Assembly (NCBI GenBank): GCA_963727445.1 | Contig: CAVSGI010000020.1 | Coordinates: 192,001-256,000 of the forward strand | Length of the DNA stretch: 64,000 nt | Direction: 5' to 3' | Origin: an uncultured delta proteobacterium | Lineage (GTDB): Bacteria > Myxococcota_A > Polyangia > Polyangiales > B10-G4 | Part shown: positions 1 to 12,165 of the stretch, piece by piece | Position numbering within the stretch: the stretch's first letter is position 1 | Layout of the letters: every line of letters starts with the position of its first letter | The notes under the pieces: generated by a model | The model's database searches: none | Told to the model about the DNA's origin: nothing | Seen by the model: only the letters and a program-made list of their open reading frames with translations | Position numbers and translations under genes: made by a program

Positions 1-268
1 CCCGGACGATGTCGCAGCCGCCCACGAACTGCCCCTTCACGTAGAGTTGGGGGATGGTCGGCCAGTTGGCGAACTCCTTGATGCCCTGACGGATCGCCGG
101 GTCCTCGAGAACGTTCACGTGATGGAAGTCGGCGTCCATCCGCTTCATCACTTCGACCACCGTGGCGGAGAAGCCGCACTGCGGGAAGTTCTTGGTGCCC
201 TTCATGAAGAGCACGATCGGATGCTCGTCGATGATGCCCTGGATGCGTGACTTGAGCGCGTCGTCCAT
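1..268 (-). CDS. grxD: Monothiol (CGFS) glutaredoxin, Grx4 family; 3' end runs off window
   Basis: Manual translation [34 protein letters not shown]...[18 protein letters not shown] has the CGFS, WPTIPQL and GGCD motifs; next to bolA. Confidence 0.95.
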   Translation of the reverse strand, partial: MDDALKSRIQGIIDEHPIVLFMKGTKNFPQCGFSATVVEVMKRMDADFHHVNVLEDPAIRQGIKEFANWPTIPQLYVKGQFVGGCDIVR

Positions 269-322
269 CTCGTTCCTTTCAGACTCGATGCCGTTCAGTT
301 GCGTCGGCGTGACTGAGCGGCA

Positions 323-586
323 TCACAGGAGGCTCTTGCCTCGCTTGCTCCACGCGTCCGGCGTGAAAGTGGAGAGCGCGAGGGCGTGTACGGGCCCGGC
401 CATGAGATCGCCGAGCGCCCGGTAGACCATCTGATGCTGTTGAACCCGCGTCTTGCCTTCGAAGGCGGAGGCGACGACCACGGCCTGATAGTGATCCTTG
501 CCGCCCGTGAGATCCTCGAGCGAGAAATGCTCGACTCCGGGGATGTGCTCCTTGACCAGGGCTTCGATGACGTTGGGCTCGACCAT
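323..586 (-). CDS. bolA: BolA/IbaG family protein
   Basis: DHYQAVVVASAFEGKTRVQQHQMVYRALG...VHALALST BolA signature; upstream of grxD. Confidence 0.93.
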   Translation of the reverse strand: MVEPNVIEALVKEHIPGVEHFSLEDLTGGKDHYQAVVVASAFEGKTRVQQHQMVYRALGDLMAGPVHALALSTFTPDAWSKRGKSLL

Positions 587-618
587 GAGGGGCGTTCTTA
601 GCAGTCTCTGACAGGCGT

Positions 619-1560
619 CTAAAGCCGGCGTTCGTCCGTGTCAACGGCGAGGGGCAGAGCGCGGGCCTGAGCCTCGACCCTTCGCCGCCCCGCCTCCCGG
701 CGAAGTGCGACGTTGCCGAGCTGACCGCAGGCCGCCATGGTCCCGCGGCCCTTGGTGATCCGGCGCCGCACCCGGAGCCCTTCGTCGCGGAGCCAGCCCA
801 CGAAGCGGACGACCTCCGATTCCTCGGGTGCGCGGGTGAGGGGCGCACCCCCAGGGTTGTAGGGGATGACGCTCACGAGCACTCGGCCGAGGGGCGCACA
901 GAAGCGCGCGACGTCCCGGGCGTCCCCTCGCGAATCGTTGAGCTCCGGCATCAGGCAGTAGTTCACGCCGAGCTGGAAGTTGTCACGCTGGCGATAGTCG
1001 GCGAGCGCCGCTTGGAGCTCGGCCAGGGGCGTCTTGCGATTGACCGGCATCAGCTGGCTCCGGAGCGCGTCGTTCGCGGCGTTCAGGCTCACCGACAGGT
1101 TCAGGCGCTTCATGCCGAGGGAGCGCAGATGGCGAATGCCGTCGACCACGCCCACCGTGCACACCGTGATGTGATCGTGGCGCATGGCGAGCCCGCCGGG
1201 ATCCGTCAGCGTGCGCAGCGCCTCGGCCGTGATCTCGGGTCGGTCGAGGGGCTCGCCCATCCCCATGAAGACGATGCGCTCGAAGGCGAGGCCCAGCGTG
1301 CGGCGCGCGACGTCGAGCTGCGAGAGGATCTCCTCGCTGCTCATCGGCCGGAGCAGGCCGAGGCGTGCGGTCTCGCAGAACGCACAACCCATCTTGCACC
1401 CCACCTGACACGAGATGCAGAGCGTGTGGCGCCCGCGGCCCATGGGGATGTGCACCAGCTCGGCTTCGAGCCCGTCCGCGAGACGGAAGGACGCCTTCGT
1501 GGTGATCCCAGTCGCTCCCACCTCGCGGGCAACCCGAACGACCCCCGGCAAAGCTCCCAT
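619..1560 (-). CDS. rlmN: RlmN-like radical SAM RNA methyltransferase with a short N-terminus (start uncertain, lies at a repeat cluster)
   Basis: TLCISCQVGCKMGCAFC (CxxxCxxC), MGMGEP and C-terminal AACGQL. Confidence 0.85.
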   Translation of the reverse strand: MGALPGVVRVAREVGATGITTKASFRLADGLEAELVHIPMGRGRHTLCISCQVGCKMGCAFCETARLGLLRPMSSEEILSQLDVARRTLGLAFERIVFMGMGEPLDRPEITAEALRTLTDPGGLAMRHDHITVCTVGVVDGIRHLRSLGMKRLNLSVSLNAANDALRSQLMPVNRKTPLAELQAALADYRQRDNFQLGVNYCLMPELNDSRGDARDVARFCAPLGRVLVSVIPYNPGGAPLTRAPEESEVVRFVGWLRDEGLRVRRRITKGRGTMAACGQLGNVALRREAGRRRVEAQARALPLAVDTDERRL

Positions 1561-1724
1561 CGGGGACGGTCTACACTTTTCAACTTTCGTCGCTCCCATC
1601 GGGGACGGTCTACACTTTTCAACTTTCGTCGAGATGCAAGCAGAACGGGGACGGAAAGTTGAAAAGTGTAGACCGTCCCCGAATCGGCTGGGGAAAGTTG
1701 AAAAGTGTAGACCGTCCCCGAATC
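1553..1724. repeat. REP/REPIN-like cluster: four copies of a 29-bp core, two forward and two inverted, 39-bp period
   Basis: TCGGGGACGGTCTACACTTTTCAACTTTC within 1553-1591 and 1592-1630; exact reverse complement within 1653-1685 and 1692-1724. Confidence 0.95.
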
Positions 1725-2985
1725 AGCTCATGCGGATCGCTTTGAGGCGGCGATTGACGTCGCGGGCGAGGACGAGCTCCTGGTCGCGGGGTAGGGCGGT
1801 GGTGGCGCTGAAGAGCGCGAAGGCGACGAGCTCGTGAAGGGCTTGGTGCAGGGCCTCGAGGGGGTGCTCGGCCTGGATGTTGTCGAGGGCGTTGACCACC
1901 AGCTCGACCTCGATCGCCCCATCCTCGGCGACCTCCGAGCCGAAATAGGGCGCGTAGCCGCTGCCCTGGATCCACGCCGAGAGCGTCTTGCGCGTGCGGT
2001 CGATGCCGCCGTAGGTGGCCACCGCCATGAAGATGTCGCGGAGCACCGAGTTGAAGGCGCGCACCAGCGCACGCACGTCGTCGGGATCCACCGTCGCGCC
2101 CTGGTGCAGCTCGATCTGCTTCGCTTGAATCAGGTGGTAGATCGACTTCGTCGTCAGGAACTCGCCGAGGGCCGTCTCGCGCGCGATGTCCTCGATGGTC
2201 CGCGCACCGTCGCAGAACTCGAGGACCTTCTTCGCGTTGTCGTCGAGGTCGCGCTCCGGCCGATCCGATTTCAGCTTCGGCGCCATCTTCGAGTTCGGCA
2301 CGCGCTCGCGGAAGAGCGCCATTTCGTCGATGCGCTGGACTCCCTCCATGAGCAGTCCCTGCACCGGGATGTGCACCGTCAGCGACGCTGGCTGCGCGGA
2401 CTCGTCCACCGTGCAGAACGAGTAGATCCCGTCGTCGACCAGAAGCATCCCGTAGACGATCTGCTCGACCTGTTTCTGCAGGACGCTGAAGAGCTGCTCC
2501 TGATCGAGGATCTCCCGCTCGACCACCAGCTCTCCCAGCCGCTTGTCGAAGCTCATCTCCGACAGGAGCTCGTCGAGGGTCTCCCGGCTCACGATCCCCT
2601 GCACGTAGAGCACCTCGCCCAGCAAGTCGTCCTGATGATCGCTGGTGGCGTGCTTGATGATCCCCGACTCGAGAAGCATCGACCGCGTGGTCCCATCGGC
2701 GGCCTCGACCTTGAGGTCGCCCACCCAACCGGCGCTCGCGATGACGTTGATCACCTCGAGCATGGTCATCTTGTTGAGGATCTCGCCGACCATCCGCATG
2801 CGCGGCGTCCCCGCCGGCATCGTCTCGTCCTCGCCGAGCACTCGACGAAAGACCAGCGCGCCCGCGGTGTCGACCACCAGCTGGTAGGTCCCCGCTCGCG
2901 AGCGAAGGGTCCGCTCGACCCCCCGCGTGGTCGGACGCACCAATCCGTCCGGGCGGATTACGATGCGGTCGGAGACGTCACCCAC
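1723..2985 (-). CDS. DUF4388 domain-containing protein (start approximate)
   Basis: LEVINVIASAGWVGDLKV...LLGEVL...KRLGELVV...GIYSF pattern, then VQGLLMEGVQRID; long ORF with GC-rich third positions. Confidence 0.75.
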   Translation of the reverse strand: MGDVSDRIVIRPDGLVRPTTRGVERTLRSRAGTYQLVVDTAGALVFRRVLGEDETMPAGTPRMRMVGEILNKMTMLEVINVIASAGWVGDLKVEAADGTTRSMLLESGIIKHATSDHQDDLLGEVLYVQGIVSRETLDELLSEMSFDKRLGELVVEREILDQEQLFSVLQKQVEQIVYGMLLVDDGIYSFCTVDESAQPASLTVHIPVQGLLMEGVQRIDEMALFRERVPNSKMAPKLKSDRPERDLDDNAKKVLEFCDGARTIEDIARETALGEFLTTKSIYHLIQAKQIELHQGATVDPDDVRALVRAFNSVLRDIFMAVATYGGIDRTRKTLSAWIQGSGYAPYFGSEVAEDGAIEVELVVNALDNIQAEHPLEALHQALHELVAFALFSATTALPRDQELVLARDVNRRLKAIRMS

Positions 2986-3031
2986 GGCCGCGATCCTAAT
3001 GCAGAGCGCCTCCGCATGGTACAAAGCGGCG

Positions 3032-3670
3032 GTGTCGACGCAGATCAGCAGGTCCGAGCAGGGGTCAGAGCCCGCCCAGAAGCCGGGTCCCGAGCAGCTG
3101 CAGCCAAATGGAGAGCGCTGGGACATGCGCGCCATCTACCGGGCCACCAACGCCCAGCGCCGACAGATCATGCAAAACGGGGTCATGCCGGACCTCGAGG
3201 GGCTGACCGGCTGGGAATTCGCGGGGACCAACACCGGCCCCTGGGCCGCCCTCATCTTCAACCGGAAGTTCAAGAAGGGCTTCTTCCAGGGCCGAGACCG
3301 CCATCCGGGCGGCCCGAGCCCGTTCATCCAGGGCTACAACATCCCCGTGAAGCAGAACGGGGTGGGCAAGCCACATGTGGCCAAGCCCACAGACGAGGCG
3401 CCCAAGCGCTTCGGCTTCTACCGGGTCCACCCCACCGTCTCGGGCGCGAAGGATTCGCTCTACGAAAACGCTGCCCTCCTCGACTACAGCCTCGGCGGCA
3501 ACCCCTGGTACGACCCGAGCCGGCTCTTGCGTGACTACCTGGTCCAGGTATACCCCGACGACCCCGATCTGCTGCTGGGCCACGCCATGGGCGCCGTGCT
3601 GGGCCTCAGGATCACGGTCAGCTTCTTCATCCTCGAGCGGATGAACCGACACGACTTCACAGGAGAGTGA
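3032..3670 (+). CDS. Hypothetical protein, probably co-transcribed with fabD (start 3032 or 3125)
   Basis: Aromatic-rich globular ORF with coding-like bias; stop 1 nt before the fabD ATG. Confidence 0.75.
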   Translation: MSTQISRSEQGSEPAQKPGPEQLQPNGERWDMRAIYRATNAQRRQIMQNGVMPDLEGLTGWEFAGTNTGPWAALIFNRKFKKGFFQGRDRHPGGPSPFIQGYNIPVKQNGVGKPHVAKPTDEAPKRFGFYRVHPTVSGAKDSLYENAALLDYSLGGNPWYDPSRLLRDYLVQVYPDDPDLLLGHAMGAVLGLRITVSFFILERMNRHDFTGE

Positions 3671-3671
3671 G

Positions 3672-4598
3672 ATGAAGGTCGCCTTCGTTTTCCCTGGCCA
3701 GGGCTCGCAGCAGGTCGGGATGGGCAAAGCCGCTTGCGATGCGTCGCCCGACGCCAAGGCGGTCTTCGACGCCGCCGACGAAGCCCTGGGCGAGTCGCTC
3801 TCGAGCCTCTGCTGGGAGGGCCCCGAGGAGCAGCTCAAGCTCACGGCGAACACCCAACCCGCCATCCTGACGGCGTCGGTCGCTCTCCTCCGCGCCCTCG
3901 GCGAGACCCCCGACGTGACCGCCGGCCACAGCCTGGGCGAGTACAGCGCCAACGTCTGCGCCGGCACCGTCGACTTTCCGGATGCCGTGCGGCTGGTCCG
4001 GGTGCGCGGCCAGTACATGCAGGACGCGGTGCCGGTGGGCGTCGGGGCGATGGCCGCGGCGCTGCGCATCGACGCCGAGGTCGTCGAGAAGATCTGCCAG
4101 CAGACCGACGGTGTCGTGGAGGCGGTGAACTACAACTCGCCGGGCCAGGTCGTGATCGCCGGCGAAAAGGCTGCCGTGGATCGCGCGGTGGAGGCCATCA
4201 AAGCCGCCAAGGGTCGGGCGATGCCGCTGCCGGTCAGCGCCCCTTTCCACTCGAGCCTCATGAAGCCCGCGGAGGAGCGTCTCGCGCCGCACCTGTCGGA
4301 GATTGCCTTCCGCGATCCTTCCATCCCGGTCTACGTCAACGTCGACGCCGCCCCGGTCACCACCGGCAATGCTGCTCGCGGCGCCCTCTTGCGCCAGGTG
4401 GCGCGCCCGGTCCGCTGGCAACAGAGCATCGAGAAGATGATCGCAGACGGCGTGACCCTCTTCGTCGAGATCGGCCCCGGCCGCGTCCTGACCGGTCTGA
4501 TCGGTCGAATTTCGAAGGAAGTCGGCAAGATCAGTGTGCAAGGACCGGACGATATCGACGCTGCCAAGAGCGCGATCGCCGAAGCCCGCAGCGCCTGA
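3672..4598 (+). CDS. fabD: ACP S-malonyltransferase
   Basis: [45 protein letters not shown]. Confidence 0.97.
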   Translation: MKVAFVFPGQGSQQVGMGKAACDASPDAKAVFDAADEALGESLSSLCWEGPEEQLKLTANTQPAILTASVALLRALGETPDVTAGHSLGEYSANVCAGTVDFPDAVRLVRVRGQYMQDAVPVGVGAMAAALRIDAEVVEKICQQTDGVVEAVNYNSPGQVVIAGEKAAVDRAVEAIKAAKGRAMPLPVSAPFHSSLMKPAEERLAPHLSEIAFRDPSIPVYVNVDAAPVTTGNAARGALLRQVARPVRWQQSIEKMIADGVTLFVEIGPGRVLTGLIGRISKEVGKISVQGPDDIDAAKSAIAEARSA

Positions 4599-4630
4599 AG
4601 CAGATAACAGGCCGTTTACAGACTTGGCGG

Positions 4631-4658
4631 TTGACGGAAGGCGTCAATCGGCTAGAAA
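4631..4658 (+). promoter_or_regulatory. Putative sigma-70 promoter of hppA with a palindrome over the -35
   Basis: TTGACG-16nt-TAGAAA; palindrome TTGACG-gaagg-CGTCAA at 4631-4647. Confidence 0.45.
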
Positions 4659-4708
4659 GCGCGCGCCCTCGCGCGGGTTTGCCGACGCGAGGCGGAGGAC
4701 CGATTTCG

Positions 4709-6862
<2,154 letters not shown>

Positions 6863-6872
6863 AGAGCGCCCG

Positions 6873-7532
6873 GTGAGCCACGGGGTCGAGATCATCGACA
6901 TCTCGGCGCTGCCCTGGCAGCCGAGCCCGACCCCGACTGTTCATCGAAAGCGCCTCTACCACGCCGGCCCACCCGAGGCCGGCGTGGTCACTTCCATCGT
7001 CAGGTACGACGCGGGGTCGACGTTCCCCCGGCACGACCATCCCGGGGGCGAGGAGATCTTCGTCCTCGATGGCGTCTTCGAAGACGAGCATGGGCGTTAC
7101 CCTCCCGGCACCTACCTCTTCAACCCGGAAGGCTTCTCCCACGCGCCCTTCAGTCGCGAAGGGTGCGAGATCTTCGTGCGCCTTCGCCAGTCTCCCGGTC
7201 CGCGGCAGAAGGTGATGATCGACACCCAGATGATGACCTGGGACATCGGATCGAAGCTGGGCGTCGAGGTGCTGCCGCTCTATCGCGAATCAGGCTACCC
7301 GGAGGAGGTTCACCTGACGCGCTTGAGGCCCGGCGTCGAGGTCGGCCCGGTGACGTTTCCGAACGGCGAGGAGATCTTCGTCGTCGAGGGGACCCTCGTC
7401 GACGAGTATGGCACGCACGACGAGGACACCTTCCTCCGCTTCCCGCCCGGCAGCACCCACACGCCGACCAGCCCTCACGGCGCGGTGCTCTTCGTCAAGA
7501 AGGGTCACCTCCCCCTGCCGACCGCGGGCTGA
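6873..7532 (+). CDS. ChrR-like tandem cupin protein
   Basis: Two cupin repeats: [24 protein letters not shown] and [16 protein letters not shown]...STHTP. Confidence 0.88.
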   Translation: MSHGVEIIDISALPWQPSPTPTVHRKRLYHAGPPEAGVVTSIVRYDAGSTFPRHDHPGGEEIFVLDGVFEDEHGRYPPGTYLFNPEGFSHAPFSREGCEIFVRLRQSPGPRQKVMIDTQMMTWDIGSKLGVEVLPLYRESGYPEEVHLTRLRPGVEVGPVTFPNGEEIFVVEGTLVDEYGTHDEDTFLRFPPGSTHTPTSPHGAVLFVKKGHLPLPTAG

Positions 7533-7582
7533 GCCTGCTGCGCGCTTCCCGCTCCAGATTGCCGCGTGTACGATAAAGCGCG

Positions 7583-9103
7583 TTGTCCCGCGCTCGGCTG
7601 ATCCTTCACGTCTTTGTTTCGTCGTTCGTCGTGGCCGCTGCCGCGTGCACTGCGGATCCGGTCGAGCTATTCGTCGACGTCCGTACGGCGCTGACCCCCG
7701 GCACCGATTTCGATCAGGTTCTCACCGAGCTTCTCGAGGACGAAGCGCGACCGCCCGTACGCAGCACGCGAACCTCGGTGAGCGCGGTCGACGACTTCGC
7801 CTCCGGCCACCGGGTGGCGGAGCTCTCCGAGGTCGCGCAGGGCGCCTACGTCATCCGGGTGACGGCGCTCCTCGGCGACGCGCCCGTCGTCAGTCGGCGA
7901 CTCTTCGTTCAGCTCGATTCGGCGCGCGCGGTGACCGTCGACCTCGACGAGACGACACCCACGCCGGACGGCGGCGTCGACGCCGCACCCGACGGTGCGC
8001 CCGACGGCTCGCCCGACGCCGCTGGCGCTCTGAGGCTCGAGCCCGTTGCAGCGATGAACGTCAACTCGCACACGACTCTGCGCGCGTCGGGAGGCGTTCC
8101 GCCCTACGCCTTCAGCATCGTCTCCGACGGCGGCCGGGTCAATCCCGACACCGGCGACCTGACGACGATGAACTACGGCGGCGAGATGACCGTCCGCGTG
8201 ACCGACACCGAGGCAACCACCGCCGACCAGACCATCACCGTGGGCGGCACGAGCCTCTTCGCCATCGGCGGGTGGGGAGGCGAGACCAACGACCACGTCT
8301 CACAGACGGTCGACGGAAGCGCATGGACCCGAAACGCACTGCCCGCGCCTCGCGGGGAGATCGTGACCATCGTCTTCGACGACGCCATCTACGTCGTGGG
8401 CGGCTGGATGAGCGGCATGGGAAACGTCGACTCCGTCTTGCGGAGCGAGTCCGGTCTGACGGGGAGCTGGAGCGTCTCCGGCTACCTCCCTTCGCCGCGC
8501 GGCTGGGGAAGTGCGGTCGTTTTCGAAGACCGGATCATCTACGCCGGCGGGCGCAGCCCCTCGGCCACCCAGAACAACGACGTCTTCGCCAGCCCGGACG
8601 GAAACACCTGGACGAAGATCGGCGAGCTCCCCGAGGCGAGCACCTGGGGCGGGCTCGCGGTCTTTCGCGGAGAGCTCTTCTACCTGGGCGGAAACCGTTC
8701 GGGGGGTCCGAGCGACGAGATCTTCTCCAGCCCGGACGGCGCGACCTGGAGCACCGAGACTGGGCATCTGCCGCTAGCGCTCGCCGGCGGCGCCATCGTC
8801 GTCTTCGACGACCAGCTCTGGTACCTCGGCGGCGAAAAGGGCGAGGGGGGACTCAACGACCACATCCTGAGGAGCGACAACGGCGTCGATTGGTCCGATA
8901 CCGGCGCCTTTGTCCCGAGCCCCTTCGAGAACGCCGCGGTCGCGGTTCACGAGGGTGAGATCTGGCTCGTCGGCGGCAACGACGGCGGGTATCGACCCGA
9001 CACCTATCACAGCCCCGACGGACTGACGTGGACGCGTGCAGCGGACCTGCCGGTCAGCGTCGACCGCCTCGGCGCGGTGTCTTTCACCGCGCGCACGCCC
9101 TGA
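7583..9103 (+). CDS. Predicted lipoprotein with a C-terminal six-bladed Kelch-like beta-propeller
   Basis: Signal ending AAAC; six repeats of hydrophobic-GG...SxDGxxW. Confidence 0.8.
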   Translation: MSRARLILHVFVSSFVVAAAACTADPVELFVDVRTALTPGTDFDQVLTELLEDEARPPVRSTRTSVSAVDDFASGHRVAELSEVAQGAYVIRVTALLGDAPVVSRRLFVQLDSARAVTVDLDETTPTPDGGVDAAPDGAPDGSPDAAGALRLEPVAAMNVNSHTTLRASGGVPPYAFSIVSDGGRVNPDTGDLTTMNYGGEMTVRVTDTEATTADQTITVGGTSLFAIGGWGGETNDHVSQTVDGSAWTRNALPAPRGEIVTIVFDDAIYVVGGWMSGMGNVDSVLRSESGLTGSWSVSGYLPSPRGWGSAVVFEDRIIYAGGRSPSATQNNDVFASPDGNTWTKIGELPEASTWGGLAVFRGELFYLGGNRSGGPSDEIFSSPDGATWSTETGHLPLALAGGAIVVFDDQLWYLGGEKGEGGLNDHILRSDNGVDWSDTGAFVPSPFENAAVAVHEGEIWLVGGNDGGYRPDTYHSPDGLTWTRAADLPVSVDRLGAVSFTARTP

Positions 9104-9128
9104 ACCTCGTGCGAGACGCGGCGTCGCC

Positions 9129-11195
9129 TCAGAGCGCGCCCTCGATGATCCCCGGCACCGGGAGCGAGGTGGTCTCGAGGTTCGTGGTGTTGTCGCGGAA
9201 GACGACGCGATTGCTGAGGCGCTCGAGGTCGTAGGAGTCGAGGTTCACGCAGGCGCCGATCTCGGCGTTCTGGATCACGCCAGTGCTCAGGTCCACCTCG
9301 GGCGGCGTGGTCGACGCATTGGCGTAGCTGAGGAGCACACCGCAGAGCTGGACGTCGTCCACCTCGAAGCGGTTGACGTTCAGACCCGAAGACACGACGA
9401 GCAGGCCGTGTGCATAGCGGGAGTCTGGACAATCGGTGTCGATGCAGGGTGGGTACGCGACGTTCGATACGGCCACGTCCGACACGGTGACGCTCGCGCC
9501 ATCGGCGGCGACGACCCCCAGCTCGAAGACACGCTCGATGCGGAGGCGCTCGGCGTCGAGACTCGCCCCCCGCTGCACCTGGACGCCTCGGCCCTTGGTG
9601 TTGTCGGTCGGTCGCGCTTGGATGTCGCGAACGAGGCAATCGCTCAGCGCCGCGGAGGTCCCTTCGAAGTCCACGAGTATCCCGACCTCGACCGCCCGCT
9701 CGACCACCAGGCGGGCGGCGGTGAGGCTCGCCCCGTCTCGCACGACGAGCCCGACCCCCTTGGTGTCGTCGCTCGGCCGCGCAGCCACGTCGCGGATCAG
9801 GAAGTCCGTCAAGTCGGCGGTGGAGCTTCCGAGCGCGTAGAGGCCGATCTCGTGCACCCGATCGATCATCACCTGGGTGGCCGTGAGCGCCACGCCCCCC
9901 TGTAGCTCGATCCCGCGGCCCAAGAGTCCCGTGCTGGCGGTGGGCTCCATGTCGCGGAGCACGACCTGTCCGAGCGTCACGGCGCCGCCCTCGGCGTAGA
10001 TGGCGTCGTCGGTCCCGTTGGCGACCAGCATTCGGGTCGCCGTCAGCTGAACGCCCCCCTTGAGGAGAATGCCGCCGCCGCCCGTGCCTCCACGCTCGGC
10101 CGGCTGGGTGTCGGCGATCACTACGTCCTCCAGGGTGAGCGTCGTCGCCGCGTCGTGTGCGTCGATGCTCAGCTCGCGGTTGCCGCTCATGTACAGCCCG
10201 GAAGCGGAGACCTGCGCGCCCTGCTGCAGGATCATCCCGCGACCCACGAGGCGCGCGGCGTTGGGTTCGGTGTCGAGGATCGCCACGTCCTCGAGCTCGG
10301 CCGCCGCGTCGATGGCGAGGACCATCCCTGCCTCCATCCCTCGCTGGACGACGACCCGCTCCGCGCTGAGGTGCCCGTCGGTCACGCTGATCGGGTAGCC
10401 GCCGCCCGCGTCTCCGGCGACTGTGTCGCTGATCGCGACGTCCGAGAGCGTCATCTCTCCGCCCGAGTACGACACGACGCCGAAGGGAGTCGTCCCATGT
10501 ACGACGACACCCTCGACGGCAATGGCATGCGCCCCGTCCGTCGACACGCCGGCCTGGCGCGGCGCGTCAATCGTCACGTTGCGGAGGGTGCCGGGCTCAC
10601 CGGTGCTCGCTGCGAGGACCACCGCGGGCACCGGGGCGTCCACGCCGGTCAGGATCGTGTCGCGCGCGCAGGCGCCAATCACGGTCACGCCGCCCCGGAG
10701 CGGGATCGTTCCCTCGTGGCTTCCCTTCGAGAGGGCCACCACGTCGCCGGAGGACAGGGACGTCCATCTCACGGAGGAGAGCGAAGAAAAGGGCGCGCCC
10801 ATGGATCCATCCCCACCGGCGGCGGCGGTGGGGTCGACGAAGATCGTCGCGGCCCCCGAAGGCAGCGTGTCGGCGAAGCGCCCGGTGGGACACGCATCGC
10901 CCACGGGCCGACAGTCCGGCTCCCCAGGGAAGTGCGCCTCTCCCTCCGCGCAGTCGCGGGGTCCGCCCTCGGGATACGCATCGCACTCGACGTGACCGTC
11001 GATCGTGACCTCGCGCCATCCGGAACGGCACGGGGTCAGGTCGACCGGTTCCCCGTCGAGCCACGGGATCTCGAGGGATGCCACCGAGTCTCCTCCCCCA
11101 TCCGCCCCCGCATCCGTTCCCGAGTCCGCGCCGGCCCCGCCGAGGTCACAGGCCGCGGCGTGAAGGAGGAGCACAACGATGAGCGTGGGACGCAC
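9129..11195 (-). CDS. Predicted lipoprotein with a Cys-rich N-terminus and parallel beta-helix repeats
   Basis: LLLHAAAC lipobox; GGDGSMGAPF motif; repeated L.DV.I.DT...GRG units; paralog of 47054-49093. Confidence 0.8.
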   Translation of the reverse strand: MRPTLIVVLLLHAAACDLGGAGADSGTDAGADGGGDSVASLEIPWLDGEPVDLTPCRSGWREVTIDGHVECDAYPEGGPRDCAEGEAHFPGEPDCRPVGDACPTGRFADTLPSGAATIFVDPTAAAGGDGSMGAPFSSLSSVRWTSLSSGDVVALSKGSHEGTIPLRGGVTVIGACARDTILTGVDAPVPAVVLAASTGEPGTLRNVTIDAPRQAGVSTDGAHAIAVEGVVVHGTTPFGVVSYSGGEMTLSDVAISDTVAGDAGGGYPISVTDGHLSAERVVVQRGMEAGMVLAIDAAAELEDVAILDTEPNAARLVGRGMILQQGAQVSASGLYMSGNRELSIDAHDAATTLTLEDVVIADTQPAERGGTGGGGILLKGGVQLTATRMLVANGTDDAIYAEGGAVTLGQVVLRDMEPTASTGLLGRGIELQGGVALTATQVMIDRVHEIGLYALGSSTADLTDFLIRDVAARPSDDTKGVGLVVRDGASLTAARLVVERAVEVGILVDFEGTSAALSDCLVRDIQARPTDNTKGRGVQVQRGASLDAERLRIERVFELGVVAADGASVTVSDVAVSNVAYPPCIDTDCPDSRYAHGLLVVSSGLNVNRFEVDDVQLCGVLLSYANASTTPPEVDLSTGVIQNAEIGACVNLDSYDLERLSNRVVFRDNTTNLETTSLPVPGIIEGAL

Positions 11196-11341
11196 TCCGT
11201 ACGAGTGTATCAGTCCTCCTCCATGGGCGAGAAACGGCCGAACCGGGCGCCCCCCAAATGCATTCGGCGAGGAGGCTCTTGCCTCGTTAATGATGCTGTT
11301 AATGCGCACAGAGCGCCCGGTCGACACACCCTAACCCGGGC

Positions 11342-12160
11342 ATGAACAAGATCCCGAAGCTCGCGCTCGCGTTCTGGGTCATGAAGATCTGCGCGACGAC
11401 GCTCGGGGAGACGGCTGGCGATCTGCTGTCGATGACGATGAACGTCGGCTACGCGCTGAGCTCCGTGATCCTCGTGGGCTTCTTCGTGGTGACGCTCGTC
11501 CTGCAGATGGCGTCCCGACGCTACCACCCGGTGCTCTACTGGGGAGTGATCCTCACCACCAGCACCGCCGGGACGACCATCTCGGACTTCATGGACCGCA
11601 GCCTCGGGCTCGGTTACGCGCTCGGGTCGCTCATCCTCGTGACGCTCCTGGCCGGTGTGCTCTTCGTCTGGCACAGCACCGAGAAGACCCTCGCCGTCGA
11701 GCGGGTGACGACTCGGCGGGCGGAAGCGTTCTACTGGTCTGCGATCCTGGTCTCGAACACGCTCGGGACGGCGCTGGGCGACTACCTCGCGGATAGCTCG
11801 GGGCTCGGGTTCATGGGCGGCGCGCTCCTCATCGGCGCGCTGATCGCCGTCCTCGTGGCGGCGGTGTTCTGGACGAAGATCTCTCGCGTCTTCCTCTTCT
11901 GGGCGGCGTTCGTCCTGACGCGCCCCTTCGGCGCGACGATGGGCGACACGCTCACCAAGCCGCTCAGCGAAGGCGGCCTCGGCTTCGGGACCCTCGGCTC
12001 CTCCGCCGTGCTCCTGACGCTGCTGGTGGGCTTCGTCGTCCGCGCACAGTGGGTCGAGCGGCAGAGAACGAAGCACAGCGTCGAGACCTCGGTGCCCGAG
12101 CCTTCCTCGGCGGCGGTCCCCGTGGCGGTTCGCGCCCAGTCCTCCGAAACGGAACGCTGA
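11342..12160 (+). CDS. DUF347 / COG4705 membrane protein
   Basis: KIPKLALAFWVMKICATTLGETAGD, FYWSAILVSNTLGTALGD, FWAAFVLTRPFGATMGD. Confidence 0.9.
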   Translation: MNKIPKLALAFWVMKICATTLGETAGDLLSMTMNVGYALSSVILVGFFVVTLVLQMASRRYHPVLYWGVILTTSTAGTTISDFMDRSLGLGYALGSLILVTLLAGVLFVWHSTEKTLAVERVTTRRAEAFYWSAILVSNTLGTALGDYLADSSGLGFMGGALLIGALIAVLVAAVFWTKISRVFLFWAAFVLTRPFGATMGDTLTKPLSEGGLGFGTLGSSAVLLTLLVGFVVRAQWVERQRTKHSVETSVPEPSSAAVPVAVRAQSSETER

Positions 12161-12165
12161 GCGCC

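Noticed and set aside
1553..1724. CRISPR array
   Set aside because: Inter-repeat gaps are only ~10 nt and partly identical, half the copies are inverted, and no cas genes are in the window
3734..4708. 325-aa N-terminal extension of the pyrophosphatase
   Set aside because: Off-frame overlap with fabD; Arg-rich nonsense; real start is ATG 4709
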